From: Negativicutes bacterium
GTDB taxonomy: Bacteria; Bacillota; Negativicutes; UBA1444
DNA length: 64,000 nt
Direction: 5' to 3'
NCBI GenBank assembly: GCA_963665275.2
Contig: CAXXIN010000012.1
Coordinates: forward strand, 32,001 to 96,000
Part shown: in pieces, positions 1 through 8,704 of the stretch
Layout: every line of letters starts with the position of its first letter
Position numbering within the stretch: position 1 is the first letter of the stretch
Made by a program: the position numbers and the translations under genes
The notes under the pieces: generated by a model
What the model was told of the DNA's origin: nothing
Seen by the model: only the letters and a program-made list of their open reading frames with translations
Database searches by the model: none

Positions 1-642
1 CTCTCTGCGACCAACGGCAGAACCGTTTTCCAGCAGATACGCAACAAACTCGTCGGTTCGTCCTTTGTATTCCGGCGGCACGGCATGCGCGCCCATGAAG
101 GTCGACGCCACTTCGACCACATGTTCCCGGCCGAGCTGGGCCATGACTTCGAGCTGCTTTATTTCATTTGCAGCGTCCAGACCGTAGCCGCTTTTCCCTT
201 CCACCGTCGTCACACCGAAAGACAGCATGGAGCTCAGGCGTTGCCAGCCTGCGGCCAGCAACTCTTCCTGTGAAGCTTCTCGCGTGGCGCGGACAGTGTT
301 CACGATGCCACCGCCCCGTTCCATGATCTGCATGTACGTATCGCCGCGCAGCCGCCAGGAAAACTCTTCCGCCCGATTCCCTGCAAACAGAAAATGGGTG
401 TGCGGGTCGACAAACCCTGGCAGCACACAATGTTCTGCCGCGTCGATCACTTCCGCGCCAGTCGTATCGAGGCCGTCCATAACTTCGGCGGTCGTTCCCA
501 CTCGCCGAATCACGCCATCCTCAATCCACATGGCTCCATCAGGTATTATGCCGATATCCGCCATCGCGGCGCCTGTCTTGGGCGCTATTCCCCGACAAGT
601 CACCAGCTCGGCAGCGTTTTTGATCAACAGCTTCTTTCCCAC
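1..642 (-). CDS. hutI: Imidazolonepropionase, 5' part; runs off the left edge; probable 1-bp insertion near 27
   Basis: Not in the ORF track; manual translation from GTG at 642 gives MGKKLLIKNAAELVTC...PGFVDPHTH...YMQIMERGGGI...GVTTVEGKSGYGL...STFMGAHAVPPEY, all HutI motifs. Confidence 0.93.
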   Translation of the reverse strand, partial: MGKKLLIKNAAELVTCRGIAPKTGAAMADIGIIPDGAMWIEDGVIRRVGTTAEVMDGLDTTGAEVIDAAEHCVLPGFVDPHTHFLFAGNRAEEFSWRLRGDTYMQIMERGGGIVNTVRATREASQEELLAAGWQRLSSMLSFGVTTVEGKSGYGLDAANEIKQLEVMAQLGREHVVEVASTFMGAHAVPPEYKGRTDEFVAYLLENGSAVGRRE

Positions 643-643
643 A

Positions 644-1348
644 TTATCCTCCCAAATAAGCCCGTTTGACGGCATCGTCGCTCTTCAATGCTGATGCTGC
701 GCCTTCCAGCACGATATGCCCTGTCTCCAGCACATAGCCGCGGTCGGCAGCGCCGAGGGCCTTGCGTGCGTTTTGCTCCACCAGCAGAATCGTTGTTCCC
801 ATCGTATTCAGTTGTTTTAACACTTCAAAACAACGGTTGACCAATATCGGCATCAAGCCCATGGAGATTTCATCCACCAGCAGCAGCTCCGGCTCCAGCA
901 TCAACGCCCGTCCGATCGCCAGCATCTGCTGTTCGCCGCCTGACATTGTCCTCGCTGCCTGATTCATGCGCTCACCCAGACGTGGGAAAATGGTTACGAC
1001 TTTTTCCACCCGGCGCGGCAAATCGGCAGGAGGCTCCACCCAACCGCCAATCCGCAAATTTTCTGCTACAGTCAGTTCACCGAAAACTCGCCGTCCTTCG
1101 GGCACATAACCGATTTTCATGCCGGCTCGGTCCCACGGTTTGGCCGCTCTGATGTCTTTTCCCTTGAAAGTCAGCGTGCCGGAGGTGACTGGAACCAGTC
1201 CCATGATCACTTTCATCAGAGTGCTTTTGCCGGCGCCGTTGGCGCCGATGATCGTCACGAACTCTCCATCCTTCACGTCAATTGAGATATCATAGAGCAC
1301 CTGCGAATGTCCATAGTGGGCGGTCAAATTGCGAAGTTCCAGCATCAT
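644..1348 (-). CDS. livF: Branched-chain amino acid-type ABC transporter ATPase (LivF)
   Basis: GANGAGKST Walker A, MSGGEQQMLAIGRALM, LVEQNA, C-terminal AYLG. Confidence 0.93.
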   Translation of the reverse strand: MMLELRNLTAHYGHSQVLYDISIDVKDGEFVTIIGANGAGKSTLMKVIMGLVPVTSGTLTFKGKDIRAAKPWDRAGMKIGYVPEGRRVFGELTVAENLRIGGWVEPPADLPRRVEKVVTIFPRLGERMNQAARTMSGGEQQMLAIGRALMLEPELLLVDEISMGLMPILVNRCFEVLKQLNTMGTTILLVEQNARKALGAADRGYVLETGHIVLEGAASALKSDDAVKRAYLGG

Positions 1349-2119
1349 TCGGCCTCCTCGGCTTCACCCAGATTAAGCGTCGATAACGGCCTGGTTGCTT
1401 TGAACTTCCTGCGGCGTCCCTTCAGCGATCTTCACCCCATAGGAAAGCACCGTCATCCGGTCGCACAGCGCCGTAGCCACCGCCATATTATGTTCCACGA
1501 TCATGATGGTTGTCCCGGCTGCCTGCAGTTTGCGAATCAATTCCATGAAATCGCGCGTGGCATCTTTGGACAGTCCAGCGCACGGTTCATCCAGCATCAG
1601 CAGAATCGGTTGCAGTGCCAGAGCCCGGGCGATTTCGAGCCGCCTCATATACCCCAGACTCAGATCCCCGGCTTTGGACTGGGCAAAAGCGGCAAGGTCA
1701 ACCTGTTCGAGATACGCCATGACCTCTTCGCGATTGCGCCGCGTATGGCTGCGGCCAAGACTGGAAAACAGACTGGGCGCGCGCCGGAGCGCAAAGGGCC
1801 GCCAGCATATTGTCCTCCACCGTCATGTCTTTGAACACCCTGGTAATCTGGAACGTACGGGCAATTCCCCTGCGAGCTACCGCATGCGCCGGCAACCCTT
1901 GGATCTCCTGCCCGTCGAGCAATATTTTTCCGTCTGTCGGAGTATATGCGCCGCATACCATGTTGAAAGAAAGTTGTCCTTGCCGGCGCCGTTCGGAACC
2001 TATCAGACCCATGGTTTCGCCGCGGCGAACGCTCAGGTCCAACCCCGTCGACCGCCCTTCAGCCCGCCAAAATACTTTTTGAGGCCGATGACTTTGAGCA
2101 GCTCTTTCGTCTCACTCAT
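1345..2119 (-). pseudogene. livG: LivG ABC ATPase, split by several short indels (likely assembly errors)
   Basis: ATG at 2119 (MSETKELLKVIGLKKYFGGL). Fragments in different frames restore GPNGAGKTT, RGIARTFQ, LEIARALA, LDEP, VEHNM, AYLG. Stop overlaps the livF start. Confidence 0.85.
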
Positions 2120-3002
2120 GCCGCTTCACCCCCTTGCCGCGTCCCCGGATGGCGGCCCATTTGCGCGGCGCATAACTATCGTCGCCGAGCATTCCCTGTG
2201 GCTGAAAGCGCATCATGAGCACGAGCAGGCTACCGTATACCAGCATGCGGTAGTCGGATACGAAACGGAACACTTCCGGCGCCAACGTGAGGATCAGTGC
2301 TCCCAGCAGAGGACCTGACACCGTGCCGAGGCCCCCCAGCACTGCCATGGACAGAACGCCGATCGAAACAGGAAACGAAAAGTCCGTCGACGAGATGAAC
2401 CCCATGAAGTGGGCATATACGCTGCCGGTCATGCCGGCGATAAAGGTCCCAATCCCAAAGGCAAAGACTTTATAATGATCCGCATTAAAGCCGAGAGAGG
2501 CCGCCGCCTCCTCGTCATTGCGCACGCCGCCGAGCGCCAGGCCGAGCCAGGACTTGGGCAGATGGCGCATGAACAGATACACCAGCAAATTGAGCACGAC
2601 CAGCAATACCAGAATCTCCGTGTTGCCGAATTTGATCCCCAGCACCACCGGCTTCGGAACCGCCAACCCCATGGAGGCGCCAAACAACTCGACATATTGA
2701 AAAATCGCTACCACGACAAAATTGATGCCGATGGTGGTTACGGCCAGAAAATCTTCTCGCACCCTCACGCTGAACAGGCCTAGCAGTACGCCGACCAAGG
2801 CCGCCATCGCTCCGGACGCCGGCAGCGCCAGCAAGAACGGCCAGCCTGCTTTCGCCGTCAACAGGGCCGACGTATAGGCGCCGATCCCGTAAAAAGCCGC
2901 ATGCCCCAGCGTGGGCTGTCCGGCAAAGCCTGTGATGATATTCAGACTCATGGCCAGCAGCATTGCCAGCCCAACATTGATCGCTACTACCTGTTCGTAC
3001 AT
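2112..3002 (-). CDS. livM: BCAA-type ABC permease (LivM)
   Basis: LGHAAFYGIGAY, VLGGLGT; hydrophobic; operon position. Confidence 0.92.
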   Translation of the reverse strand: MYEQVVAINVGLAMLLAMSLNIITGFAGQPTLGHAAFYGIGAYTSALLTAKAGWPFLLALPASGAMAALVGVLLGLFSVRVREDFLAVTTIGINFVVVAIFQYVELFGASMGLAVPKPVVLGIKFGNTEILVLLVVLNLLVYLFMRHLPKSWLGLALGGVRNDEEAAASLGFNADHYKVFAFGIGTFIAGMTGSVYAHFMGFISSTDFSFPVSIGVLSMAVLGGLGTVSGPLLGALILTLAPEVFRFVSDYRMLVYGSLLVLMMRFQPQGMLGDDSYAPRKWAAIRGRGKGVKRHE

Positions 3003-3012
3003 AGAGTCCCCC

Positions 3013-3891
3013 TTATGACGTCCGGCGCTTGCCCAGGAGTCCCTGCGGCCGCCAGAGAAGGATCAGGATCAGCACCACGAAAGCAATCGCGTCACGCGGC
3101 AGGAAGAAGCCGATATAACCGCCGATCAGTGTCTCGGCCATACCGATGACCAAGGCTGCCAGCACAGTCCCGAGCGGATTCCCCAGCCCGCCCAGCACGA
3201 TGACTGCCAGCATTTTGTATGCCGGTACATCACCCATCGTCGGATAGACCGCATTATAAAGAATGCCGACGAGAATCCCTGCTACAGCAGCAAAACCATA
3301 CCCAAGGATAAAATTGAACGCCACCACCCGATTGGTGTTAATGCCCATCGCTTTGGCTGTCTCGAGGTCCTGCGCCGTCGCCCGCCAGGCCAGCCCGATG
3401 GAAGAACGGTTCAGCAGCAGCCAGAGAATCAGCAGCAGCATCGCTGTCGCTCCGAGAATCAAAAACCAGGCGCCGTACAATGTCAGCCCGATCTCCGGGA
3501 ACTGGATGGAAGGCAGCAGCTTGCCAAAATTTAGTTCCCGTGCCTGGGGTCCCGCTACCAGTCGCAGAAAATCCTGCAGGAAAATGAACAGTCCGATTCC
3601 CGCAATCAACGAGACATTCGGCGACTTATTCATCAAGGGCGCATACAGAAATTTCTGCACCAGGAATCCGAAAGCCGCCGTCAACGCGACACCCATTACG
3701 AGCGCCACTACCGGGCTGCCAGTCTGCAGCAGGAAAAAGAACGAGACATAAGCGCCGATCGCATAGGCGCCGGCGTTCGAGATGTCGAGAATTCGCATGA
3801 TGCCATATACCAGAGTGGCGCCCATCGCGGTCAGCGCATATACGCTGCCGACGACGATGCCGTTAACGATCTGCTGAAAAAACATGGCCAC
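3013..3891 (-). CDS. livH: BCAA-type ABC permease (LivH)
   Basis: QQIVNGIVVGSVYAL, VLGGLG, RPQGLLG. Confidence 0.92.
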   Translation of the reverse strand: MAMFFQQIVNGIVVGSVYALTAMGATLVYGIMRILDISNAGAYAIGAYVSFFFLLQTGSPVVALVMGVALTAAFGFLVQKFLYAPLMNKSPNVSLIAGIGLFIFLQDFLRLVAGPQARELNFGKLLPSIQFPEIGLTLYGAWFLILGATAMLLLILWLLLNRSSIGLAWRATAQDLETAKAMGINTNRVVAFNFILGYGFAAVAGILVGILYNAVYPTMGDVPAYKMLAVIVLGGLGNPLGTVLAALVIGMAETLIGGYIGFFLPRDAIAFVVLILILLWRPQGLLGKRRTS

Positions 3892-3974
3892 CCTCCTACC
3901 ATTGCGGCAAAAAGAATACGGAAGGGCCGGAAGCGTTCAACGCACCCGGCGCCTTCCGCGCATGGAACTACAGT

Positions 3975-5168
3975 TTATTTGTCAGGCGGAGTGATGATCG
4001 TCGGATCGCTGATTTCGCCATAATAAGTGAAAGCGCCGTTCTTTACGATCTGGACCTGAACATTTTTCGTTACTTCACCCAGTGGGTTGTATCCCTTGAT
4101 CAGGCCGGTGGCGGCTTCAAAATCTTTGATCTTGTAAATGCCGTCTTTGATCTTGTCAGGTTCGGTGCCATTCTTGCGCATGGATTCCGCCAGAACCATG
4201 AAGCAGTCATAAGTGGAGGCAGCCACCATATCCGGCGCGTGTCCGGCCATGGCCGTATAATCTTTGATGAATTCCTGAGTGGCTTTCAACTTGGATTCAC
4301 GGTTCAGGTTGGTGGTGATGATGATTCCATCGGCTGTCGGTCCGGATACCTTGAGGAATTCCATCGTGGAATCAATGCCCTCGGTTCCGAGCATCTGGAT
4401 ACCGAGATTCAGTTCCTTGGCCTGACGGGCAATCTGCGCACCAGTGCCGGAATAAGTCGGCATGTAGATCAGATCAGGTTTCAGCTGTTTGATCTTGGTA
4501 AGAACCGGATTAAATTCTTTTTCTACCATCGTGAACTTATCCCGGGAAACGATCTTGGCGCCCTTGGACTCAACGTATTGCGTGAAGGAATCCGCCAACG
4601 TCGTGCCAAAATCATTATCAACATTCAGTATGGCGATGGTCTTGGCTTTCAGCATGTCCACCGCAACATAGCCGCCAGCTTTGCCCTGGGCCGTGCCGAC
4701 GAACGATTGGCGGAATACATAGTCGCCGCCTTTGGTGATGTCCGGATGCAGCGCATAAGCTGCGATCATTGGGATTTTGGCATTTTCGAAGATCGGCGCC
4801 GCTGCGCGGGTGGTATGGCTGTAAGAGCCGGATACCGCCGCGGCCACTCCGTCCTTGGTCGTCAGTTTCTGAGCGATACTTACCGCTTCCTGCGGTTTCA
4901 GATTGTCATCATAAGCAACCAGTTCAACCGGCCGTCCATTGATGCCGCCGGTCTTGTTGATTTTTTCGACAGCCAGTTTGGCTGCTTTGGTGACGCTATC
5001 ACCATCTGCTGCCGCCGGGCCGGTCACTGGCGCAAAGAAGCCGATTTTGACAGGGGCTTTGTTTTCGGCAGCCGGTTTTTTGTCGCCGCCTGCGCCGCCG
5101 CAGCCGGAAACTATGAGGCCGAGAGCAAGAACCAGTACCAGCATCGCGAGAATTGTTTTGTTTTTCAT
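3975..5168 (-). CDS. livK: LivK/LivJ-family substrate-binding lipoprotein
   Basis: Start reassigned to ATG 5168 behind AGGAGG; lipobox VSGC; INKTGGINGRPVELV motif. Confidence 0.9.
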   Translation of the reverse strand: MKNKTILAMLVLVLALGLIVSGCGGAGGDKKPAAENKAPVKIGFFAPVTGPAAADGDSVTKAAKLAVEKINKTGGINGRPVELVAYDDNLKPQEAVSIAQKLTTKDGVAAAVSGSYSHTTRAAAPIFENAKIPMIAAYALHPDITKGGDYVFRQSFVGTAQGKAGGYVAVDMLKAKTIAILNVDNDFGTTLADSFTQYVESKGAKIVSRDKFTMVEKEFNPVLTKIKQLKPDLIYMPTYSGTGAQIARQAKELNLGIQMLGTEGIDSTMEFLKVSGPTADGIIITTNLNRESKLKATQEFIKDYTAMAGHAPDMVAASTYDCFMVLAESMRKNGTEPDKIKDGIYKIKDFEAATGLIKGYNPLGEVTKNVQVQIVKNGAFTYYGEISDPTIITPPDK

Positions 5169-5219
5169 GATATCCCTCCTTGAGATTCGCAGTACCCAAA
5201 ACTTAGCATAGGTAAAAAT

Positions 5220-5246
5220 ATTCCGCTTCGACGCGCTAAATCCTGC
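5220..5246 (-). promoter_or_regulatory. SigmaH-like promoter of the liv-hutI operon
   Basis: GCAGGA-N17-GAAT on the minus strand. Confidence 0.6.
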
Positions 5247-5338
5247 CTTGTGACCAAAATTAATTTTTATTCTCTTTCCAGCTCCGTCTGATCGCCTCCC
5301 CAAATTCGGCATCTGCCTGTGAACGCTTCCTTAAACGA

Positions 5339-5365
5339 GCAGGAATTTATGGAACCGCAACGAAA
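5339..5365 (+). promoter_or_regulatory. SigmaH-like promoter of P-II copy 1
   Basis: GCAGGA-N17-GAAA. Confidence 0.5.
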
Positions 5366-5416
5366 GAAACACAAGAGGAATCATCCAGCGTCTGACAGCG
5401 AAGGGAGACTGTGATT

Positions 5417-5794
5417 ATGAAGAAAATGACGAAAATTGAAATCATCACCCGACCCGAAAAACTGGAATCCCTCAAGGAAGGCATGAATAAAATCGGCGTG
5501 ACCGGCATGACGGTAACCCAGGTACTCGGTTATGGCCTTCAAAAAGGTCACCGTGAAGTATACCGCGGCACCGAATATAATGTAAATCTCGTCCCGAAAG
5601 TTAAAGTGGAAATCGTGGTTTGCGAGGTTCCCGTCGAAAAAGTCATTGAAACCGCCAAAACAATCTGCCGGACCGGCAATGTGGGCGACGGCAAGATCTT
5701 TGTCTACGGCATCGATAATGCTGTCCGCATCCGTACCGGCGAGGAAGGCGACAAAGCCATCATCGACCCGGCGGATATCCACATCAATAGCTAA
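5417..5794 (+). CDS. glnB: Nitrogen regulatory protein P-II (copy 1)
   Basis: GYGLQKG, T-loop YRGTEY, TGNVGDGKIFV, RIRTGEEG. Confidence 0.93.
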   Translation: MKKMTKIEIITRPEKLESLKEGMNKIGVTGMTVTQVLGYGLQKGHREVYRGTEYNVNLVPKVKVEIVVCEVPVEKVIETAKTICRTGNVGDGKIFVYGIDNAVRIRTGEEGDKAIIDPADIHINS

Positions 5795-5850
5795 ATTTCG
5801 TTCAAATTAGTTACACACTAAATATATTTAAGACTATATTCACACCCTAC

Positions 5851-5879
5851 TTGACAATCAAATCGGTTTCTGTTAAATT
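5851..5879 (+). promoter_or_regulatory. SigmaA promoter of amtB-glnK
   Basis: TTGACA-N17-TAAATT with extended -10 TG. Confidence 0.75.
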
Positions 5880-5899
5880 AAACATAAATATTTTAGGAA

Positions 5900-5946
5900 A
5901 AGGCAATGAAGCCTTCGCAAATTCGCGGAGGCTTTTTGTTTTTTTC
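5900..5946 (+). promoter_or_regulatory. ANTAR-type hexaloop hairpin overlapping an intrinsic terminator (amtB attenuator 1)
   Basis: AAGGC-AATGAA-GCCTT; terminator AAGCCTTCGC-AAATTC-GCGGAGGCTT followed by a T run. Confidence 0.8.
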
Positions 5947-5959
5947 TAAACACGCTAGT

Positions 5960-6005
5960 GGACAATGGCGTCCCGTGGCTCAGCCTCGGAACGCCGTCTT
6001 TTTTT
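5960..6005 (+). promoter_or_regulatory. ANTAR-type hexaloop hairpin overlapping an intrinsic terminator (amtB attenuator 2)
   Basis: GGAC-AATGGC-GTCC; terminator ATGGCGTCCCGTGGC-TCA-GCCTCGGAACGCCGT followed by T7. Confidence 0.8.
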
Positions 6006-6056
6006 ACCCGGAGTATTGAATTTTCTCCATCATCAATTTGAAAAGAGGGAAGGATT

Positions 6057-7457
6057 ATGAGAAAGATGTTTTCAAGAATTGCTTGTTTGACCCTGGGATT
6101 CTCCTCCACTCTGTCGGTTGCCTTCGCGGCAGAAGCCGCAGCCGCACCGAAAATCGACACCGGCGACACCGCCTTCGTACTGATCAGCGCGGCTCTAGTC
6201 CTTTTGATGACGCCGGCCCTGGCACTATTTTACGGCGGCATGTGCCGCACCAAAAACGTTCTGAGCACCATTATGCAAAGCTTTTTCATCATTGGCCTGA
6301 TTTCAGTGCAATGGGTATTGTTCGGTTACTCGCTGTCCTTTGGTCCGGACATCAATCATTTCATAGGATCTTTGGACTGGATCGGCCTCAAAGGAGTTAC
6401 CAACGCCCCCAATGCTGATTATGCGGCCACGATTCCCCATTCCACCTTCATGATTTTCCAGGCCATGTTCGCTGTCATCACTCCCGCGCTCATCACCGGC
6501 GCTTTTGCCGAACGGATGAAGTTTTCGGCCTTTGTGCTCTTTACGCTGATTTGGTCCACCTTCGTCTATGATCCTGTAGCGCACTGGGTCTGGGGCGTCG
6601 GCGGCTGGCTGCGTGAGATGGGTGTTCTCGACTTTGCCGGCGGGACTGTCGTTCACATCATATCCGGTGTTTCCGGACTGGTCATCTGTATCATGCTCGG
6701 TAAAAGGAAAGGACACGGCAAGGAAGTCATGTTGCCGCACCACCTGCCCATGACCGTTCTCGGCGCTGGTCTTCTGTGGTTCGGTTGGTTCGGGTTCAAT
6801 GCCGGCAGCGCTCTCGGCGCCAACGAGCTCGCCTCGGCCGCATTCGTCACCACCCATGTTGCCGCAGCAGCCGCTACGCTTTCCTGGGTACTGGCTGAAT
6901 GGATGATGCACGGGAAACCGACCGTGCTGGGTGCAGCCAGTGGTTGCATCGCCGGACTGGTCTCCATTACGCCTGCAGCTGGTTTTGTCAATCCGATGTC
7001 AGCGCTTGCGATTGGACTATTGGGCGGAGTGATCTGTTTCTTTTCAGTCAGCCAGCTAAAAGCCAAAATGGGCTATGACGACTCGCTGGATGCGTTTGGT
7101 GTCCATGGAGTTGGCGGAACCTGGGGGGCCCTAGCTACCGGCCTGTTTGCCTCCAAAGCCGTCAACGAGGCGGGCGCCGATGGCTTGCTGTTCGGCAACC
7201 CTGCACAGTTCAGCACTCAATTGATCGGCGTTGCGGTTAGCTGGGTGTTTGCCATCGCCATGACCTTCATCATCATCAAGTTCATCTCGCTCTTCATGCA
7301 AATTCGAGTGCATGAAGCTCAGGAACTTTCCGGGCTCGACATCACGGAGCACGGCGAACGCGGTTACGCTTACCAGGACCTCATCACCGGTTCGCCTGTC
7401 GCCCACATGGCAATCCAGCCCCAAACGGTTTCCGCCCGCGAAACGAGTCCTGCATAA
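6057..7457 (+). CDS. amtB: Ammonium transporter
   Basis: LALFYGGM, DFAGGTVVHIISG, LLWFGWFGFNAGS, DDSLDAFGVHGVGG; N-terminal signal-like segment. Confidence 0.97.
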   Translation: MRKMFSRIACLTLGFSSTLSVAFAAEAAAAPKIDTGDTAFVLISAALVLLMTPALALFYGGMCRTKNVLSTIMQSFFIIGLISVQWVLFGYSLSFGPDINHFIGSLDWIGLKGVTNAPNADYAATIPHSTFMIFQAMFAVITPALITGAFAERMKFSAFVLFTLIWSTFVYDPVAHWVWGVGGWLREMGVLDFAGGTVVHIISGVSGLVICIMLGKRKGHGKEVMLPHHLPMTVLGAGLLWFGWFGFNAGSALGANELASAAFVTTHVAAAAATLSWVLAEWMMHGKPTVLGAASGCIAGLVSITPAAGFVNPMSALAIGLLGGVICFFSVSQLKAKMGYDDSLDAFGVHGVGGTWGALATGLFASKAVNEAGADGLLFGNPAQFSTQLIGVAVSWVFAIAMTFIIIKFISLFMQIRVHEAQELSGLDITEHGERGYAYQDLITGSPVAHMAIQPQTVSARETSPA

Positions 7458-7481
7458 CAGACTGTTGAAGGAGGTTTACGC

Positions 7482-7859
7482 ATGAAAAGCATGACTAAAA
7501 TAGAAATCATCACCCGTCCGGAAAAACTGGAAGCACTCAAGGACTCCATGAACAAAATTGGCGTAACCGGCATGACCGTGACCCAAGTCCTCGGTTATGG
7601 CCTGCAAAAAGGCCACCGGGAAGTCTATCGGGGTACTGAGTATACCGTCAACCTGGTTCCAAAAGTGAAGGTGGAAATCGTCGTTTGCGAAGTTCCGGTC
7701 GAAAAAGTAATCGAAACCGCCAAAAAAGTCTGCCAGACCGGCAACGTCGGCGATGGAAAAATCTTTGTGTACGGCATTGACAATGCTGTCCGCATCCGTA
7801 CCGGCGAGGAAGGCGACAAAGCCATCATCGACCCGTCGGATTTCAATAAATTGATATAA
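7482..7859 (+). CDS. glnK: Nitrogen regulatory protein P-II (copy 2, amtB-linked)
   Basis: Same P-II motifs as copy 1; directly downstream of amtB. Confidence 0.92.
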   Translation: MKSMTKIEIITRPEKLEALKDSMNKIGVTGMTVTQVLGYGLQKGHREVYRGTEYTVNLVPKVKVEIVVCEVPVEKVIETAKKVCQTGNVGDGKIFVYGIDNAVRIRTGEEGDKAIIDPSDFNKLI

Positions 7860-7889
7860 TCTTCACCCTTCCCCCTCTTCCCCCCCCAT

Positions 7890-7928
7890 AAAGAAGCCCC
7901 CCGCCGATTTGGGCGAAGGGGCTTCTTT
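7890..7928. terminator. Bidirectional intrinsic terminator
   Basis: AAAGAAGCCCC...GGGGCTTCTTT between convergent genes. Confidence 0.8.
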
Positions 7929-7935
7929 CCCTATT

Positions 7936-8704
7936 CTAGATTATGCGTTCTTTCGCTCGTATATCAGACCGGTTACCAGCCCTTCTTGTTCCATGACGCA
8001 TTGCATGGCGGTGATCCTGTTTCCGGGATCATATTCCGCACGGTCCGACAGTTTCGCAATTCGCTGGCTATACCATTTTCATAGGTATTGATTTTGTTGA
8101 ACGTCACGCAGGGACTGAACACATTGATGAACGAAAAGCCTTTATGGCGGATCCCGGCTTCGATTAACTGCGCCAGTTCATTCAGATCTTTGGAAAAGCC
8201 TTGCGCCACGAACCCGGCTCCTGCGGACAATGCCAATTCCAGCGCCGATACGGGCCGCTCCGTTGATCCATGAGGGCTCGTTTTCGTTACGAACCCCAGG
8301 TCGCTGCGGGGGGAAACCTGCCCCTTCGTCAGTCCGTACACGTGGTTATCCATCACGATGTAAGTGATATCGACATCACGTCGCATTGCATGGATCGTAT
8401 GGCCGACGCCGATGGCAAAGCCGTCGCCGTCGCCGCCGCAAGCCAGTACCGTCAGCGCCGGATTGGCCAGCTTGACTCCCTGCGCCAGCGGCAAAGATCG
8501 CCCATGCGTCGAATGAAAGCCATAGGCGTTAACATAGCCAGGCAAACGGCTGGAGCAGCCGATGCCTGAGATGATGGCAACTTCATGCGGCTGGGCATTG
8601 ACCGCCGCCAATGCCCTCTGAATCGCCGCCTGCACGGAAAAATCGCCGCAGCCTGGACACCAGTTTTGCTTGACATTAAATTGAAAATCAGCAGCTGTTG
8701 ACAT
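7936..8704 (-). CDS. korB: 2-oxoacid:ferredoxin oxidoreductase beta subunit; frameshift near 8077
   Basis: WCPGCGD, GIGCS, GGDGD, YGLTKGQ, SPCVTFN. The conserved tail YDPGNR...EGLVTGLIY continues in another frame after an A run. Confidence 0.88.

Noticed and set aside
1345-2119. Programmed frameshifting or phase variation in livG
   Set aside because: Too many scattered single-base duplications with no slippery site or long repeat tract; assembly error is simpler
4239-5183. 314-aa plus-strand ORF, and similar ones opposite other genes
   Set aside because: Antisense to livK; expected from codon bias
5430-7835. Direct repeats flanking amtB as a composite mobile element
   Set aside because: The repeats are the two P-II coding sequences; no transposase, inverted repeats or target-site duplication
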